In this document: positions 22,807 through 33,549 of the stretch, piece after piece | Layout of the letters: every line of letters begins with the position of its first letter | Numbering within the stretch: position 1 is the first letter of the stretch | Source: Vulcanimicrobiota bacterium | GTDB lineage: Bacteria; Vulcanimicrobiota; Vulcanimicrobiia; Vulcanimicrobiales; Vulcanimicrobiaceae | Assembly (NCBI GenBank): GCA_963714015.1 | Contig: OY970223.1 | Span: forward strand, 3,296,001 to 3,360,000 | Direction: 5' to 3' | DNA: 64,000 bases | Program-made: the position numbers and the translations under genes | The notes under the pieces: model-generated | The model's input: the letters and a program-made list of their open reading frames with translations, nothing else | What the model was told of the DNA's origin: nothing | Database searches by the model: none

Positions 22807-24343
22807 ATGCCCACCGGTGTCTCTGCAAAACCGGATGCCCTTGATTTGCTGGCCGAAGCTAATGCCCGGCTGGCGTCGTCGTTCGATTTGTCAGTAACCT
22901 TACCGCAAGTCGCGGATCTCTGCGTTTCGAAATTCGCGGATTATTGCGCCGTTTACGCGACGCACGGCGACGGCGGCACCTTCGCGTTCGAGGCCTCGCG
23001 CGAAGAGGGCTTTCACGTCGAGATTCAAGACGCCGAGAATCTTCGCGACGTCCTGACGGCATTCGGGTTCGAAACCATTGTCGTCACGCCGCTTGCCGGC
23101 CGCCAGGACACGGCGGGAACCTTCGTCGTGGCGTCCCGGCATCGGTCCGCGTTCAACGGTCAGACGCAGAAACTCGCGCGCGTTCTCGCCCTGCAGATTT
23201 CCAATGCGCTCGACCAGTCGATGCTGTTCGAACGAACCTACCGCGTGGCCGACCGCCTGCAGCGAGCGTTGCTGCCGGATACCTTCCCGCGCGTCCCCGG
23301 CGCGATATTCCATGCGGCCTACCGCCCGGCAAGCGACGAGGCGGAGGTCGGCGGCGATTGGTACGACGCCTTCGCGCTGCCCGACGGGCGCGTAGCCATC
23401 TCCATGGGCGACGTAGCCGGGCATGGCTTGGAAGCCGCGACCGTAATGGGCGAAATCCGCCAAGCGATGCGCACGACGGCCCTCGGTGAAAGCTCGCCCT
23501 CGGCGCTGCTCGAACATATCAATTCCGTGATCAATTTGCGTAAAGGCATCGGCATGGTCACGGCAATCTTTGCGTACTACGAGCCCAAGCGCCGCGAATT
23601 GACGTACGCGGTCGCCGGACACCCGCCGCCGATTCTGACCATCGACGGCGGCGGCTTCAACGGCTTTCTGCCGGGCGGCGGCGTTCCGCTGGGCGTCGAA
23701 TCGCAAGTCCGCGCGCGAGATTGCACGATCGCGCTTGCCGCCGCGCAGCTGCGTGATCTTCTATACGGACGGAATGACCGAGTACTCACGCGACGTTTTG
23801 GCGGGTGAAGAACGCCTGCTGCAAGCCTGCGCGCGCGCCTTTCACGCGGACCCGGAGAATCCGGCAATCGCACTTCAGGAGCGCGTTTTCGATGCAACGA
23901 TCAACCGTGACGACGCCGCAACGCTCACGCTCTCTTGCGAAGACGGCAGCATCCCCGCCGGCATGACCTTCTCGGCCGTGCCGCTCGCAGCGCCCATCGT
24001 GCGATCGATGCTGCACCGGTTCTGCGACGAGAACGGGCTTTCGAGCGGGCAGCGCTTTTCGATCGTCACGGCGGTCGGCGAAGCCGTGGCAAACGCGGTG
24101 GAGCACGCGTACCGGGGCGAAGAACCGGGACTCTTACGTTTGCGCGTTTCCTGCGAGGGCGACGCGATCGCGATCGACGTCGAGGACTACGGCCGCTGGA
24201 GACCGTTCCAACGAAGGGACGAACGCGGACGCGGACTCGTGCTGATGCACGAACTGATGGACAGCGTGCGGATTACGTCCGAGCAGACGCGCACCGTGAT
24301 CTCGCTCTTACTCAAGCGCTCCGCAGAGCGCTTTACGATTTGA
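22807..24343 (+). CDS. GAF-SpoIIE/PP2C phosphatase fused to RsbW-like ATPase (frameshift ~23740)
   Basis: VGGDWYD, GDVAGHG, AGHPPP, then [32 protein letters not shown]. Confidence 0.87.
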
Positions 24344-24575
24344 AATATTCGGCGTTGATGGCGGTGAAGTTTTCCCACTTCGCCGGGACGTCGGAGTCGG
24401 CAAAGATCGCTTCGACCGGACAAGCCGAGACGCACGCGCCGCAATCGATGCACACTTCGGGGTCGATGTAGAGCATCTCGTCCTCGTCTTTTCCGTGGAT
24501 GCAGTCGACCGGACACACGTCGACGCACGACTTGTCCTTGGTGCCAATGCACGGTTCGGTGATGACGTAGGCCAT
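24333..24575 (-). CDS. Ferredoxin (7Fe/8Fe, FdxA type)
   Basis: MAYVITEPCIGTKDKSCVDVCPVDCI...CIDCGACVSACPV. Confidence 0.95.
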   Translation of the reverse strand: MAYVITEPCIGTKDKSCVDVCPVDCIHGKDEDEMLYIDPEVCIDCGACVSACPVEAIFADSDVPAKWENFTAINAEYFKS

Positions 24576-24663
24576 GGTTTCGAGCTCAATCCTTTACTGC
24601 GGACGGATTAGTGCGGGAAAGCGTCAGTTATACGCACTGCGGCTGCTCACGCCTCTCCGGCCG

Positions 24664-24924
24664 CTATGTGTAGGTTCGGCGCCCCGTCAAGGCCCGCAGG
24701 ATCAACAGTAGCACGACCGCCCCGATTAGCGCGTAGAGAAAACTCCAAAGCGGCGTCAGTCCGCCGTGGCCAAACTGCCGGTAGAGCCAGCCGCCGATCA
24801 GCGCGCCGATGATGCCGACGACGATGTCGGTCAATATTCCGCCCGGAACCGCGCCGGGGACCAGCCACCGGGCGATGAGCCCGACGATAAGCCCGAAGAT
24901 GATGATGCCGATAATCGTCCACAT
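24664..24924 (-). CDS. GlsB/YeaQ/YmgE-family membrane protein
   Basis: GLIVGLIARWLVPG...IVVGIIGALIGG. Confidence 0.88.
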   Translation of the reverse strand: MWTIIGIIIFGLIVGLIARWLVPGAVPGGILTDIVVGIIGALIGGWLYRQFGHGGLTPLWSFLYALIGAVVLLLILRALTGRRTYT

Positions 24925-24944
24925 GCCAGCCCTTTACCCCAAAG

Positions 24945-25202
24945 CTAGGGCGAGATTGTCCTGCGTCCGGCTATCGACCGGCTGAAGATAATCAAGACCA
25001 GCGCGCCTGCAGCCGCCGCAATCACGCTCCAGGCGTCGAACTGATCGAGGCTCAGGCGGTGGCCGAAGAGCTTGAAGATGAAGCCCGCTGTTCCGCCGCC
25101 GACGATACCGAGCAGGGTATCCGGGCCCATACCGCGCGAGTCCGGGACGAAGAAGCGCGCCACCGCCCCGACCAAAAACCCGGCGAGACATTCCACCGCC
25201 AT
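24945..25202 (-). CDS. GlsB/YeaQ/YmgE-family membrane protein (tandem paralog)
   Basis: GFLVGAVARFFVP...LLGIVGG...AAAGALVLII. Confidence 0.75.
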   Translation of the reverse strand: MAVECLAGFLVGAVARFFVPDSRGMGPDTLLGIVGGGTAGFIFKLFGHRLSLDQFDAWSVIAAAAGALVLIIFSRSIAGRRTISP

Positions 25203-25236
25203 AACGGATTTTTTCCCCGAAAGCGAATCGCTACGC

Positions 25237-25926
25237 ATGCGCATCTTCATGGCTCTGCTGATCCTCGTTTGCCCGGCACTTCCGGCTGCGGCCGCGACGA
25301 CCGAAATCGTCGTTTCCGGGCAAGGCACCGCGAGCGCCGCGCCCGACATGGCGACGATCTCGTTCACCATCAACACCTATGCCGCGTCCGCGCAGAACGC
25401 CATCTCGGCAAACAACGCCCGCTATCAGCGGCTCGATTCGGCGATGCACGCGTTGGGAGTGCCGGCCGCGGACGTTCAGACCACGAGCTTTACGCTCGAC
25501 TACAATCCGGCGCCCAAGCCGCCGGAAGCTCCCTCGCCCGGCGAGCGGTACGGCTTCAACGCAGCCCGCTCGGTGGACGTCATCGTCCATCAGCTTTCGC
25601 TCGTCGGCAAGAGCATCGATGCGGCCGCTGCGGCCGGCGTGACCGACGTGGGGGGCGTGCAGTTCGCCGTCTCGGATACGTCCGCGCAAAATGTGGCGGC
25701 ACTGAAATCTGCAGTGCTCGATGCTCGAGCGCAAGCGGACGCGTTAGCCGAGGCGGCGGGACTGCGGATCATCGGCATTCGGAGCATCCGGCAAGGCGGC
25801 GGCATCTTCCAACCACAGCCGGCCGCCAACGTGAGCACGATGATGGCGGCGCGCGTTCCGACGGTCATCCGGCCCAGCGCCGTTCAAACCAGTACCACGG
25901 TCAGCATCATCTTCATCGCCCAGTAG
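25237..25926 (+). CDS. SIMPL (DUF541) domain protein
   Basis: Signal peptide; [35 protein letters not shown]. Confidence 0.88.
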   Translation: MRIFMALLILVCPALPAAAATTEIVVSGQGTASAAPDMATISFTINTYAASAQNAISANNARYQRLDSAMHALGVPAADVQTTSFTLDYNPAPKPPEAPSPGERYGFNAARSVDVIVHQLSLVGKSIDAAAAAGVTDVGGVQFAVSDTSAQNVAALKSAVLDARAQADALAEAAGLRIIGIRSIRQGGGIFQPQPAANVSTMMAARVPTVIRPSAVQTSTTVSIIFIAQ

Positions 25927-25966
25927 AAACGAAACCGGAGGCGGCGCCGGGTGGTAGCATTGTACG

Positions 25967-27910
25967 ATGACGACCACGTGCGAACTCTGCGGCCGTGAGC
26001 CGGCGCCTTTGACCGAAGGCGGAAAGCGGCTCTGCGCGCAGTGCGCCGCCCGGCAGGCTGCGACCAAGGCGGCCCTTCCCTTACTAGGCGCGGCGCTGAC
26101 TGCCGCGGCTTTGGTCGCCGGCGGTGCGTACGTGATCGAGAAGCTCAACGAGCAGCAATCGGGCGGACGCGCTCCAAATCCGCTCGAGGATTTGACCCGC
26201 CGTTTTCGCAGCGCGACGCCGACGCTCGCTGCCTTCTCGCGCGACCTGACGGACCTCGCCCGCAACAACAAGCTGGATCCGGTAATCGGCCGCGCGACCG
26301 AAGTTGAGCGCGTCGTCTCGATCTTGGCGCGTCGCAGCAAGAATAATCCGGTGCTGGTCGGCGAGCCCGGAGTCGGGAAAACGGCGATCGTCGAAGGCCT
26401 TGCCCAGCGAATCGTCGCGGGCGACGTTCCCGGAGCGCTGCGTGACAAACGCGTGCTCGCGCTTTCACTGGGCCCGCTCGTCGCCGGAACCAAGTACCGC
26501 GGCGAGTTTGAATCGCGCGTAAAGCGCATTCTGGACGAAGTGCGCAAAGCGTCGCGCGACGTCGTTCTCTTTATCGACGAACTGCACACGCTGGTCGGCG
26601 CCGGAGCAGCCGAAGGATCGCTGGACTTGAGTTCAATGATCAAACCGGAACTCGCGCGCGGCGATTTGCAATGCATCGGCGCTACGACGTTCGACGAATA
26701 TCGAAAGTACATCGAATCGGACGCGGCGTTGGAACGGCGTTTTCAGCCGGTGATGGTCGAGGAACCCTCGATCGACCAAACGGTCGAGATTTTGCGCGGC
26801 CTGCGCGCGCGCTACAGCGATCACCATAACGTCCAAATCGAGGACGAAGCGGTTCGGGCGGCGGCGGCGCTCGGCGCTCGTTACATCGCGGACCGCTTTC
26901 TTCCGGACAAAGCGATCGATCTCATGGACGAGGCCGCAGCCTCGGTCGCCCTTGCAAATCGCGGCGCGGTGCCCCGTCCGCGCGTTACGGCCGAACATGT
27001 CGCCGCCGTCGTGACCAAATGGACCGGAATTCCGCAAGACACGCTCTCGGAATCGCAAGCGAACAATCTCCTCTCGCTCGAACAGACGCTCGCGAAGCGC
27101 GTCATCGGACAGCAGCAGGCGATTTCAGCAGTGAGCGAAGCGATTCGCCGCGCGCGCGCCGGCTTGCACGATCCGCGAAGACCGCTGGGCAGCTTTCTGT
27201 TCATGGGATCGAGCGGCGTCGGCAAAACGGAACTGGCCAAAGCGCTGGCCGAGGCGCTCTTCGGCACGGAAGAGGCGCTCGTGCGCGTCGATCTTTCGGA
27301 GTATACCGAGGCGCACACGATCTCACGTCTCTTGGGCGCTCCTCCGGGATATCAGGGCCATGAAGAAGCGGGGCAGCTCACCGAACCGGTTCGACGCCGT
27401 CCCTACTGCGTGGTGCTCTTCGACGAACTTGAAAAAGCGCACCCCGATGTTGCCGCCGTGCTTTTACAGATTCTCGACGACGGCCGCGTCACCGATGCCA
27501 AAGGGCGCACGATCGATTTTCGTCATGCACTCATCATCATGACGACCAACCTGAGCGACGACGAGCTGTCCGATGCGTTCCGCCCGGAATTTCTGAATCG
27601 CATCGACGACGTCGTGCACTTCAACGATTTGGGGCTGGCCGGCATCGAGCAGATCGTCGCGATTCACGTCGAAGCGCTGGGCGCGCGGCTGGGCGCGCGG
27701 AACGTTCGCCTGGTTTTAGCCGAAGGCGCGCGTCAGTTTCTGGCGAGCGAAGCGATGAATGCCGGCAGCGGCGCCCGTTACGTGCACCGCACGGTTGCGC
27801 GCCACGTCAGCACACCGCTCTCCACTGCAATTCTGCGCGGCGAATTGCCGCAAGGTTCTTGTGCCGAGGTTCGGCTGCAAGACGGTGCGCTGGTAGTCCG
27901 CGCCGCTTAG
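25967..27910 (+). CDS. Clp/Hsp100 ATPase with N-terminal Zn-finger and hydrophobic helix
   Basis: [63 protein letters not shown]. Confidence 0.9.
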   Translation: MTTTCELCGREPAPLTEGGKRLCAQCAARQAATKAALPLLGAALTAAALVAGGAYVIEKLNEQQSGGRAPNPLEDLTRRFRSATPTLAAFSRDLTDLARNNKLDPVIGRATEVERVVSILARRSKNNPVLVGEPGVGKTAIVEGLAQRIVAGDVPGALRDKRVLALSLGPLVAGTKYRGEFESRVKRILDEVRKASRDVVLFIDELHTLVGAGAAEGSLDLSSMIKPELARGDLQCIGATTFDEYRKYIESDAALERRFQPVMVEEPSIDQTVEILRGLRARYSDHHNVQIEDEAVRAAAALGARYIADRFLPDKAIDLMDEAAASVALANRGAVPRPRVTAEHVAAVVTKWTGIPQDTLSESQANNLLSLEQTLAKRVIGQQQAISAVSEAIRRARAGLHDPRRPLGSFLFMGSSGVGKTELAKALAEALFGTEEALVRVDLSEYTEAHTISRLLGAPPGYQGHEEAGQLTEPVRRRPYCVVLFDELEKAHPDVAAVLLQILDDGRVTDAKGRTIDFRHALIIMTTNLSDDELSDAFRPEFLNRIDDVVHFNDLGLAGIEQIVAIHVEALGARLGARNVRLVLAEGARQFLASEAMNAGSGARYVHRTVARHVSTPLSTAILRGELPQGSCAEVRLQDGALVVRAA

Positions 27911-28241
27911 GGAGCCCGCTCCCCGTCTTCCGCACAAAGAGCGAAGCGCTCGCGAAACCACTTGGCAAAGAACGCTTTGCCCTGAAGGGTGCAGTCGATG
28001 AATCCTCGCGGCGGAAGCCCGTCGAAGGCGCCGTCCAACATTGCCTGCTCGATCTTGCGCTCCGCAACAAACGCGACGATGTCCATGCCACATCAACGTA
28101 ACGGGCGCGCCGGCCGTGACCTCCGCAAGAAACGACATTCCCTACGAAACAGGCGAGCGGCACTCGGTGCAGTTTCGGCGACAAGATCGTTATCGATGGC
28201 CGGGGATGGGGGATTTTCCGCCTGCGGCGTAAGAAGGCGCC

Positions 28242-29216
28242 ATGCGTCGCCGCGCAAAGCAGCAGAACTCGCTTCGACTCGGCATTTTCGCGGTCAGCGC
28301 GATTGCGCTACTTTATGTCTTCGTTTTGGTCTTCATGCATTTTCAAGGCGTCCGCGGCTACCGGATCGGCGTGCGCTTTGCGACGGTCTCCGGATTGTCG
28401 CCGGGAGCGCCTGTGTACGTGAGCGGCGTCCAGATCGGAGCGGTGGAGAAGATTGAGGTCCTGCCCGACAACAGCGTTGAAGTGATCCTCGCCATCACCC
28501 GTGACATCGATCTGCCGACGACCTCGCGCATTACAATCCATTCGCCGCTTACCGGCTCGCCGGACGTTACGATTATACCGCCGATAACGCGCGTCGCGGC
28601 CGGATCCATTCCGGCGCCGCTGCCGCCGAACCTGATCATCCCCAAGCGCGTTTTGCCGCTCGACGAACAACCCATCGGAAGACCGCCGATAAGTCCGAAA
28701 GAATTGATCGCGCAGTCTCAGGAGCTCTTGGACCAGTCAGGGCACATCGTCGGAATGTTCCTAGGCCGGCGGCGCACGCTGCTTGCGCAGGTGGACAGCA
28801 TTCGCGACAATTCCGCGGGGCTGGCGACGGACTTACGCTCGCTGCCTCAGACGCTACGCGCTAACCTTGCCGGAACGTTGAACGACGCGAAAGCGGAGGT
28901 CAGCCGGACGCAAGCGCTGGTCATGAACAGTCGGAACCAGGCGGTCTTGGCGCAGCTTTCGGCATCGCTTAACGCCGCCTCCGCGTCGCTGGAACAGACG
29001 AGCAATGCATTGAACGGCGTGCGGACCGATCGCGCCACGCTCGCGAATACCGCTGCGGCGATGAACAACGTCAAACAAGCATCCGCGACGATGCACGCGG
29101 CACGTATTGATTTTCAGACGATCGGCGCCAATCCCCAGACTCGCGCGGAACTCCTCGACGCCGGCGTGCAGCTGCGCGCTTCCGTTGAGAGGTTACGATC
29201 CTTGATTATCCCGTAA
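28242..29216 (+). CDS. MlaD/MCE-family protein
   Basis: N-terminal TM, FATVSGLSPGAPVYVSGVQIGAV, long helical C-terminus. Confidence 0.85.
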   Translation: MRRRAKQQNSLRLGIFAVSAIALLYVFVLVFMHFQGVRGYRIGVRFATVSGLSPGAPVYVSGVQIGAVEKIEVLPDNSVEVILAITRDIDLPTTSRITIHSPLTGSPDVTIIPPITRVAAGSIPAPLPPNLIIPKRVLPLDEQPIGRPPISPKELIAQSQELLDQSGHIVGMFLGRRRTLLAQVDSIRDNSAGLATDLRSLPQTLRANLAGTLNDAKAEVSRTQALVMNSRNQAVLAQLSASLNAASASLEQTSNALNGVRTDRATLANTAAAMNNVKQASATMHAARIDFQTIGANPQTRAELLDAGVQLRASVERLRSLIIP

Positions 29217-29338
29217 TCGCTCCAAGCGCTTAGAAATGGCCTCAACTCGTAGGACCTTGGATGGCCGAAGGGGCCATTCAGGTAGGGACGCAAAGGAAAA
29301 GCGGCAGAATTTCATGCGCAAGAAATCGCCTAAATAAC

Positions 29339-29605
29339 ATGGTGTGGGCTCGTGGTGAACCCATTCTCGGGGCCGTTATCGCTGTGGCGGGAGCGGCTTT
29401 CATAGCCTATGCCGGGCCGTATGCCACCTGGGTCGTATCGTTGCCTCAGCCGCTGAGATGGCTACTGAGTCTAGGGCGGAGCTTTGATAAAAGCCGGGAA
29501 CAAATTCGAATCAATGTCATTGTTTTTGGCGTTGGCTGCCTTGTGATCGGGGGAGGACTACTCGTCGCTATGGCCGCGGGATTGCCTATCACGTGGATTC
29601 ACTAG
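29339..29605 (+). CDS. Small hypothetical membrane protein
   Basis: Two hydrophobic segments, lower GC. Confidence 0.45.
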   Translation: MVWARGEPILGAVIAVAGAAFIAYAGPYATWVVSLPQPLRWLLSLGRSFDKSREQIRINVIVFGVGCLVIGGGLLVAMAAGLPITWIH

Positions 29606-29698
29606 CTAACTCTTTCCGTTAGCGTCGGGGTGCGCTGATCGGCTTTCATGGATCATTTCGGCTTGGGCGCTTGATACGCGAGCGCAAGAATCAAAGCG

Positions 29699-29717
29699 CG
29701 AGTAGGGTTTCCCCCAC
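29699..29717 (+). promoter_or_regulatory. 19-bp box CGAGTAGGGTTTCCCCCAC (copy 1), putative LuxR/NarL-type operator
   Basis: Exact inverted copy at 33531-33549; TACACT -10-like hexamer 22 nt downstream. Confidence 0.5.
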
Positions 29718-29738
29718 CGTGCAAACGGCCCCAACGCG

Positions 29739-32441
29739 CTACACTGGACGCATGGAGATGGAATCGTTCCGGCGATGAAAATGGGTTGCGAGCTGCGCCC
29801 GCGACGAGATCGCCAGCTTTCCGTAGATCGAACTCAAATGCTTCTCCACGGCCTTGACCGTAATCGAAAGCTTTTGCGCCACGGCGGAGTTGCTCGCTCC
29901 CGACGCTACGAGCTCCGCTACCTCGCGTTCACGCGGCGAGAGCGCCTCGGCTGCCGCGCGCACCGGGGAAGGCGGGCCGCCGGTCTGCCGCACCAATGCG
30001 TTTCGTAACGGAAGAACGGCGCCGATGCGGCGATAGATTGCTGCAGCGCGATCGACGTCGCCCTGTAGTTCCAACGCCTGCGCTTCCCACAGTGGAAAGG
30101 CGAGGATTCTGAAATGCTCTGCCGCCGCGGCTGCGTGCACTGCGCTTTCCGCGAAATTGCCGCATCCGGCAGCGACGAGGGCGTCGAACAGGGGCAGCGC
30201 TGCACGGAAGATGCGGTCGTGCGGGCGAACGGCAAGGCCGGCAAGAGATGCTCGCGCCTTCGCCTGCACGGCACTATCGCCGACTTGAGCGGCCGTAAGA
30301 TGAAGGATGAATAACGCCCTAGAGCCTTCATCAGCACTGAGCGCCTCCGAGACAAGCGCCGAGGCTTCAGCCTGGCGTCCTAAATCGTGCAGACGCAAGG
30401 CGGTAGCCGCAACCAAGTGCGGCGGAGGCGACGGCATATCGAGCTGCGGCGTAAAGTAGCGGTCGCACATCGACGCGTCATCCAGGAGCCGGCCGACGAA
30501 CAAGCCCCATCCGGAAATCAGCGCGCGTAGATCGGCACTCTCGGCGACCTCACGCGCGCATTGCTCGATCATCGAGCGCGCATCCGGCAGCGCTCCGCAC
30601 AGCACCGTGCGCGCGATCTCGGTCAGCTGCAGAAACTTTGATACGACGGTAAGATTTCTTCGGCTTACCATCGCTTGCGCTTCGCGCGAGATTTCCGCGG
30701 CCTCGTCCAGATATGCGAGCAGCGTCAATCCAGACGCAAGATTGGACAGGATCATCGCGGGCTCCGAGGTGAGCCCACCCTCGCGCGCAGCGTCGATTGC
30801 GCAACGCATCGCCTCGATGTACTTGGGCACATCGCCGTCTCGCTGCGCAAGCATGCCGCGCATCGCGTGGTACGTTACCACGGTGCGCAGCTCGTCGAGC
30901 GCGGGATCGATGCGCATGCCCGCGAGCATCTGCGCACCGCGCGCAAAATCTCCTCGCAAAAGGTAGATTTGCGCAAGCGCAACGTCGGCACGCCGGCGCA
31001 GTCGCGCATTGGTCAGGCGCGGCCGCACGTCCAGAATCGGTTGTTCCGGTTCCCGTTCGCCCAGTATGAACCGCGCCGCAGCCAGCTCGATCGCCGCCTC
31101 ACATTCGCCGGCGAGATCGCCGGCAAGAGCATACGCCGCCTTTGCCTGCGCTATCGCCTCGTGCGCGAGCTTCTTCAGGCCCAGCCGGCCGTAAGCCAAT
31201 CCCATCTTCATCAGCGGGCCTGCGGCGCGTTCGGATGTTTTGTCGACGTAGGCAAAAGCGTAGGAGTACGCGAGCGTCGCTTCCTCGTACGCAAAGAGCG
31301 CCATCGCTTCGTCCCCGGCTTGCACGCCGTACGTGAATGCGCGCTCCGCATCGCGCGCCGCCCACCAGTGGTAGGCCAAGTCGTGAATGTTTCGCGCGTC
31401 CGTCGACTCGAGCGCGAGTGCCGCCCGGCGATGCAGTTCCGTCGCCTGCGCCTCGAGCAGGGTGGCGCGCACGGCTTCGCGCGTTAGCGCGTGTGCGAAA
31501 GCAAATGTGCCGGCGTCTTCTTCCACAATCAGATGCAGATCGCGCGCCGCCCGCAGCGAGCGCAGCAGCTCCTCGCGCGAGAGATGCAGAATGCCGGCGA
31601 GCATCTCCAATGAAAAGCGCCGGCCCAGAATCGAAGCCTGCGCCAAGACCTCGCGGTCGGCGGGCGGCAAGGCATGAAACCGTTCTTGCAGCAGCGCGCG
31701 AACCGCGAACGGCAGATGCGCGGATCGGTTGACGGCCTGCCGCTCCATCGCCGCGTTCCGCAGCAGCTCTTCGGCGAAAAACGGATTGCCTTCACACAGA
31801 CGTACGATCCGGCGGCGCACGTCGAGCGGAACGTTCTCGGCCGCATCTTGAAGCAGTTCGCCGACAACCGCGTCGGAGAGCGGCTCCAAAATGATGTGCG
31901 TGGTTTGCGTAAGACGATGCAGCCGCACCAACGCTTTGAACGCCGGCGAGTCTTCGTCGGGATCGCCCGACCGATGCGTCGCCACGACGAGCAGCCGCAT
32001 CGATGCCGCATCGGAGACGATCGCTTCCAAAAGTTCGAGCGTGTCGGACGTCGCCCAGTGGAGGTCTTCGATCGTCAGCACGGCGCTGCGGCGCTGCGTG
32101 AGCGAACGCATGCGTTGCTGGATCTGCGCAAATTGCTCGGCGCGGCTGAGCGCCGGCTGCACTTGCGCGGCGTCTTCGCCCAAGCGCGAAAGACCGTCGA
32201 GCACGGCCGAGTAGGGACGATTGCTGGATTCGCGGCACTGCGCGACCGCAACATGCAGCCGCGCGGAATCGAGCTTCGCGCGAAATTCAGCGAGCAACCG
32301 CGACTTGCCGGCGCCCGCCTCTCCGGAGATCAGGACCATGCCGCCGCGCCCCGCACTCGCGTCGCGCCGGCGCTGCAGAAGATGTTCCAGTTCGGCCGAG
32401 CGGCCGCGAAACGAACGAAAAGCAATCGCCGTGGCAAGCAT
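29739..32441 (-). CDS. Large ATP-binding LuxR-family regulator (AAA-TPR-HTH, LAL/MalT-like)
   Basis: GEAGAGKSRL, IEDLHWA, GNPFFAEEL, FAHALTRE, LSPREREVAELV...KAVEKHLSSIYGKL. Confidence 0.9.
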   Translation of the reverse strand: MLATAIAFRSFRGRSAELEHLLQRRRDASAGRGGMVLISGEAGAGKSRLLAEFRAKLDSARLHVAVAQCRESSNRPYSAVLDGLSRLGEDAAQVQPALSRAEQFAQIQQRMRSLTQRRSAVLTIEDLHWATSDTLELLEAIVSDAASMRLLVVATHRSGDPDEDSPAFKALVRLHRLTQTTHIILEPLSDAVVGELLQDAAENVPLDVRRRIVRLCEGNPFFAEELLRNAAMERQAVNRSAHLPFAVRALLQERFHALPPADREVLAQASILGRRFSLEMLAGILHLSREELLRSLRAARDLHLIVEEDAGTFAFAHALTREAVRATLLEAQATELHRRAALALESTDARNIHDLAYHWWAARDAERAFTYGVQAGDEAMALFAYEEATLAYSYAFAYVDKTSERAAGPLMKMGLAYGRLGLKKLAHEAIAQAKAAYALAGDLAGECEAAIELAAARFILGEREPEQPILDVRPRLTNARLRRRADVALAQIYLLRGDFARGAQMLAGMRIDPALDELRTVVTYHAMRGMLAQRDGDVPKYIEAMRCAIDAAREGGLTSEPAMILSNLASGLTLLAYLDEAAEISREAQAMVSRRNLTVVSKFLQLTEIARTVLCGALPDARSMIEQCAREVAESADLRALISGWGLFVGRLLDDASMCDRYFTPQLDMPSPPPHLVAATALRLHDLGRQAEASALVSEALSADEGSRALFILHLTAAQVGDSAVQAKARASLAGLAVRPHDRIFRAALPLFDALVAAGCGNFAESAVHAAAAAEHFRILAFPLWEAQALELQGDVDRAAAIYRRIGAVLPLRNALVRQTGGPPSPVRAAAEALSPREREVAELVASGASNSAVAQKLSITVKAVEKHLSSIYGKLAISSRAQLATHFHRRNDSISMRPV

Positions 32442-32513
32442 GTAAAACAGCGTCCCTCGAACGCCTATTTGGCGCTGCGGGACGCTGTTTCATCTACCGG
32501 TGGCGAGGCGCAG

Positions 32514-33467
32514 TTAGTACGCGGGGCCGGGCGCCAGCGCTAAGCCGGGTGCCGCGCCGCCCTGCTCGGCAGTCGTCGACTCCACGGCTCCGGTGCTGGG
32601 ATTGAGCGCGATGATCTGCGCCGTGCCTGTGTCGGTAAGCCACAGATGCTTCCAACCCGCATCGAAGCGGATGAACGTCGCCGTATTGAATCCCGTTGCT
32701 AGTTGTTTGCAATTCTTCGTGCCGGTGCACTTGAAGACGCCGTTCGCCTGATCGACGTAGTACAGATTATCCGATCCGTCCACGGCCAGACCACCCGCCG
32801 CATCGTCTTTCGGCGTCGTTACCAGCACCTTGGCGTTTCCGGCGCAATTGAGAAACTCGACGACGTCCGCATTGAAATTTTTGAGGTCGTCGACCATCCA
32901 ATAACAATTGCCTTGGCTGTCGGTCGCGACGCCGAACCCCGCGCCTTGTCCGCCGCTCGGGACATAATGCAGCGTGCGTGACGGCGTTTTTGCGCCGTTC
33001 AAAAACACTTTCACATTCGCCGGTCCGTTGTTTGCGCCGAATTCGTTCGAGACGGCGACCAGTTTGTGCGCGGTGTTCACGGTCACGTCGATCGGCATCG
33101 CGCCCGTGTCCGCAAGGGTGCCCTTCGGACCCACGGGTCCATTGGCGGTCGAGCTGTACGTGACGGCTTCGTCCGCACTCACCAGCGCCTCGTACCACCT
33201 TCCCGCCGTGGTTGCGAATCCGCCGAGCGGTCTGCCCGGAGGCGTCAACGTGCTCTTAAAGGTCAGTGCGGTGCCGCTGACCGTGTACGTCTCGCAGTTC
33301 CCCGTTGATGCCGCGCACGTATAAAGCCAGCTCCCAATACCGGCCGATTCATGCATTGCCGCCATCGGCAGCAGCGGCGACGGTCCCGGTGCGGACGGTC
33401 CGCCGGAACACGCGCTCACCCACGCCGCCGCAATCATCACCGCGATACGCCAAATGATACTCTTCAC
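32514..33467 (-). CDS. Secreted lipoprotein, probable beta-propeller
   Basis: Lipobox-like VSAC; repeated GxAxDxxGN blades; GGAG RBS. Confidence 0.65.
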   Translation of the reverse strand: MKSIIWRIAVMIAAAWVSACSGGPSAPGPSPLLPMAAMHESAGIGSWLYTCAASTGNCETYTVSGTALTFKSTLTPPGRPLGGFATTAGRWYEALVSADEAVTYSSTANGPVGPKGTLADTGAMPIDVTVNTAHKLVAVSNEFGANNGPANVKVFLNGAKTPSRTLHYVPSGGQGAGFGVATDSQGNCYWMVDDLKNFNADVVEFLNCAGNAKVLVTTPKDDAAGGLAVDGSDNLYYVDQANGVFKCTGTKNCKQLATGFNTATFIRFDAGWKHLWLTDTGTAQIIALNPSTGAVESTTAEQGGAAPGLALAPGPAY

Positions 33468-33530
33468 GAAAAACGCTCCTCCCGAGATTGCTCTTGGGAA
33501 GAGCGTAGCGGTTTTTCGGCACCCGCCGCA

Positions 33531-33549
33531 GTGGGGGAAACCCTACTCG
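33531..33549 (-). promoter_or_regulatory. 19-bp box (copy 2) upstream of the secreted lipoprotein gene
   Basis: GTGGGGGAAACCCTACTCG; on the minus strand followed 23 nt later by TACGCT, then RBS and start at 33467. Confidence 0.55.
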
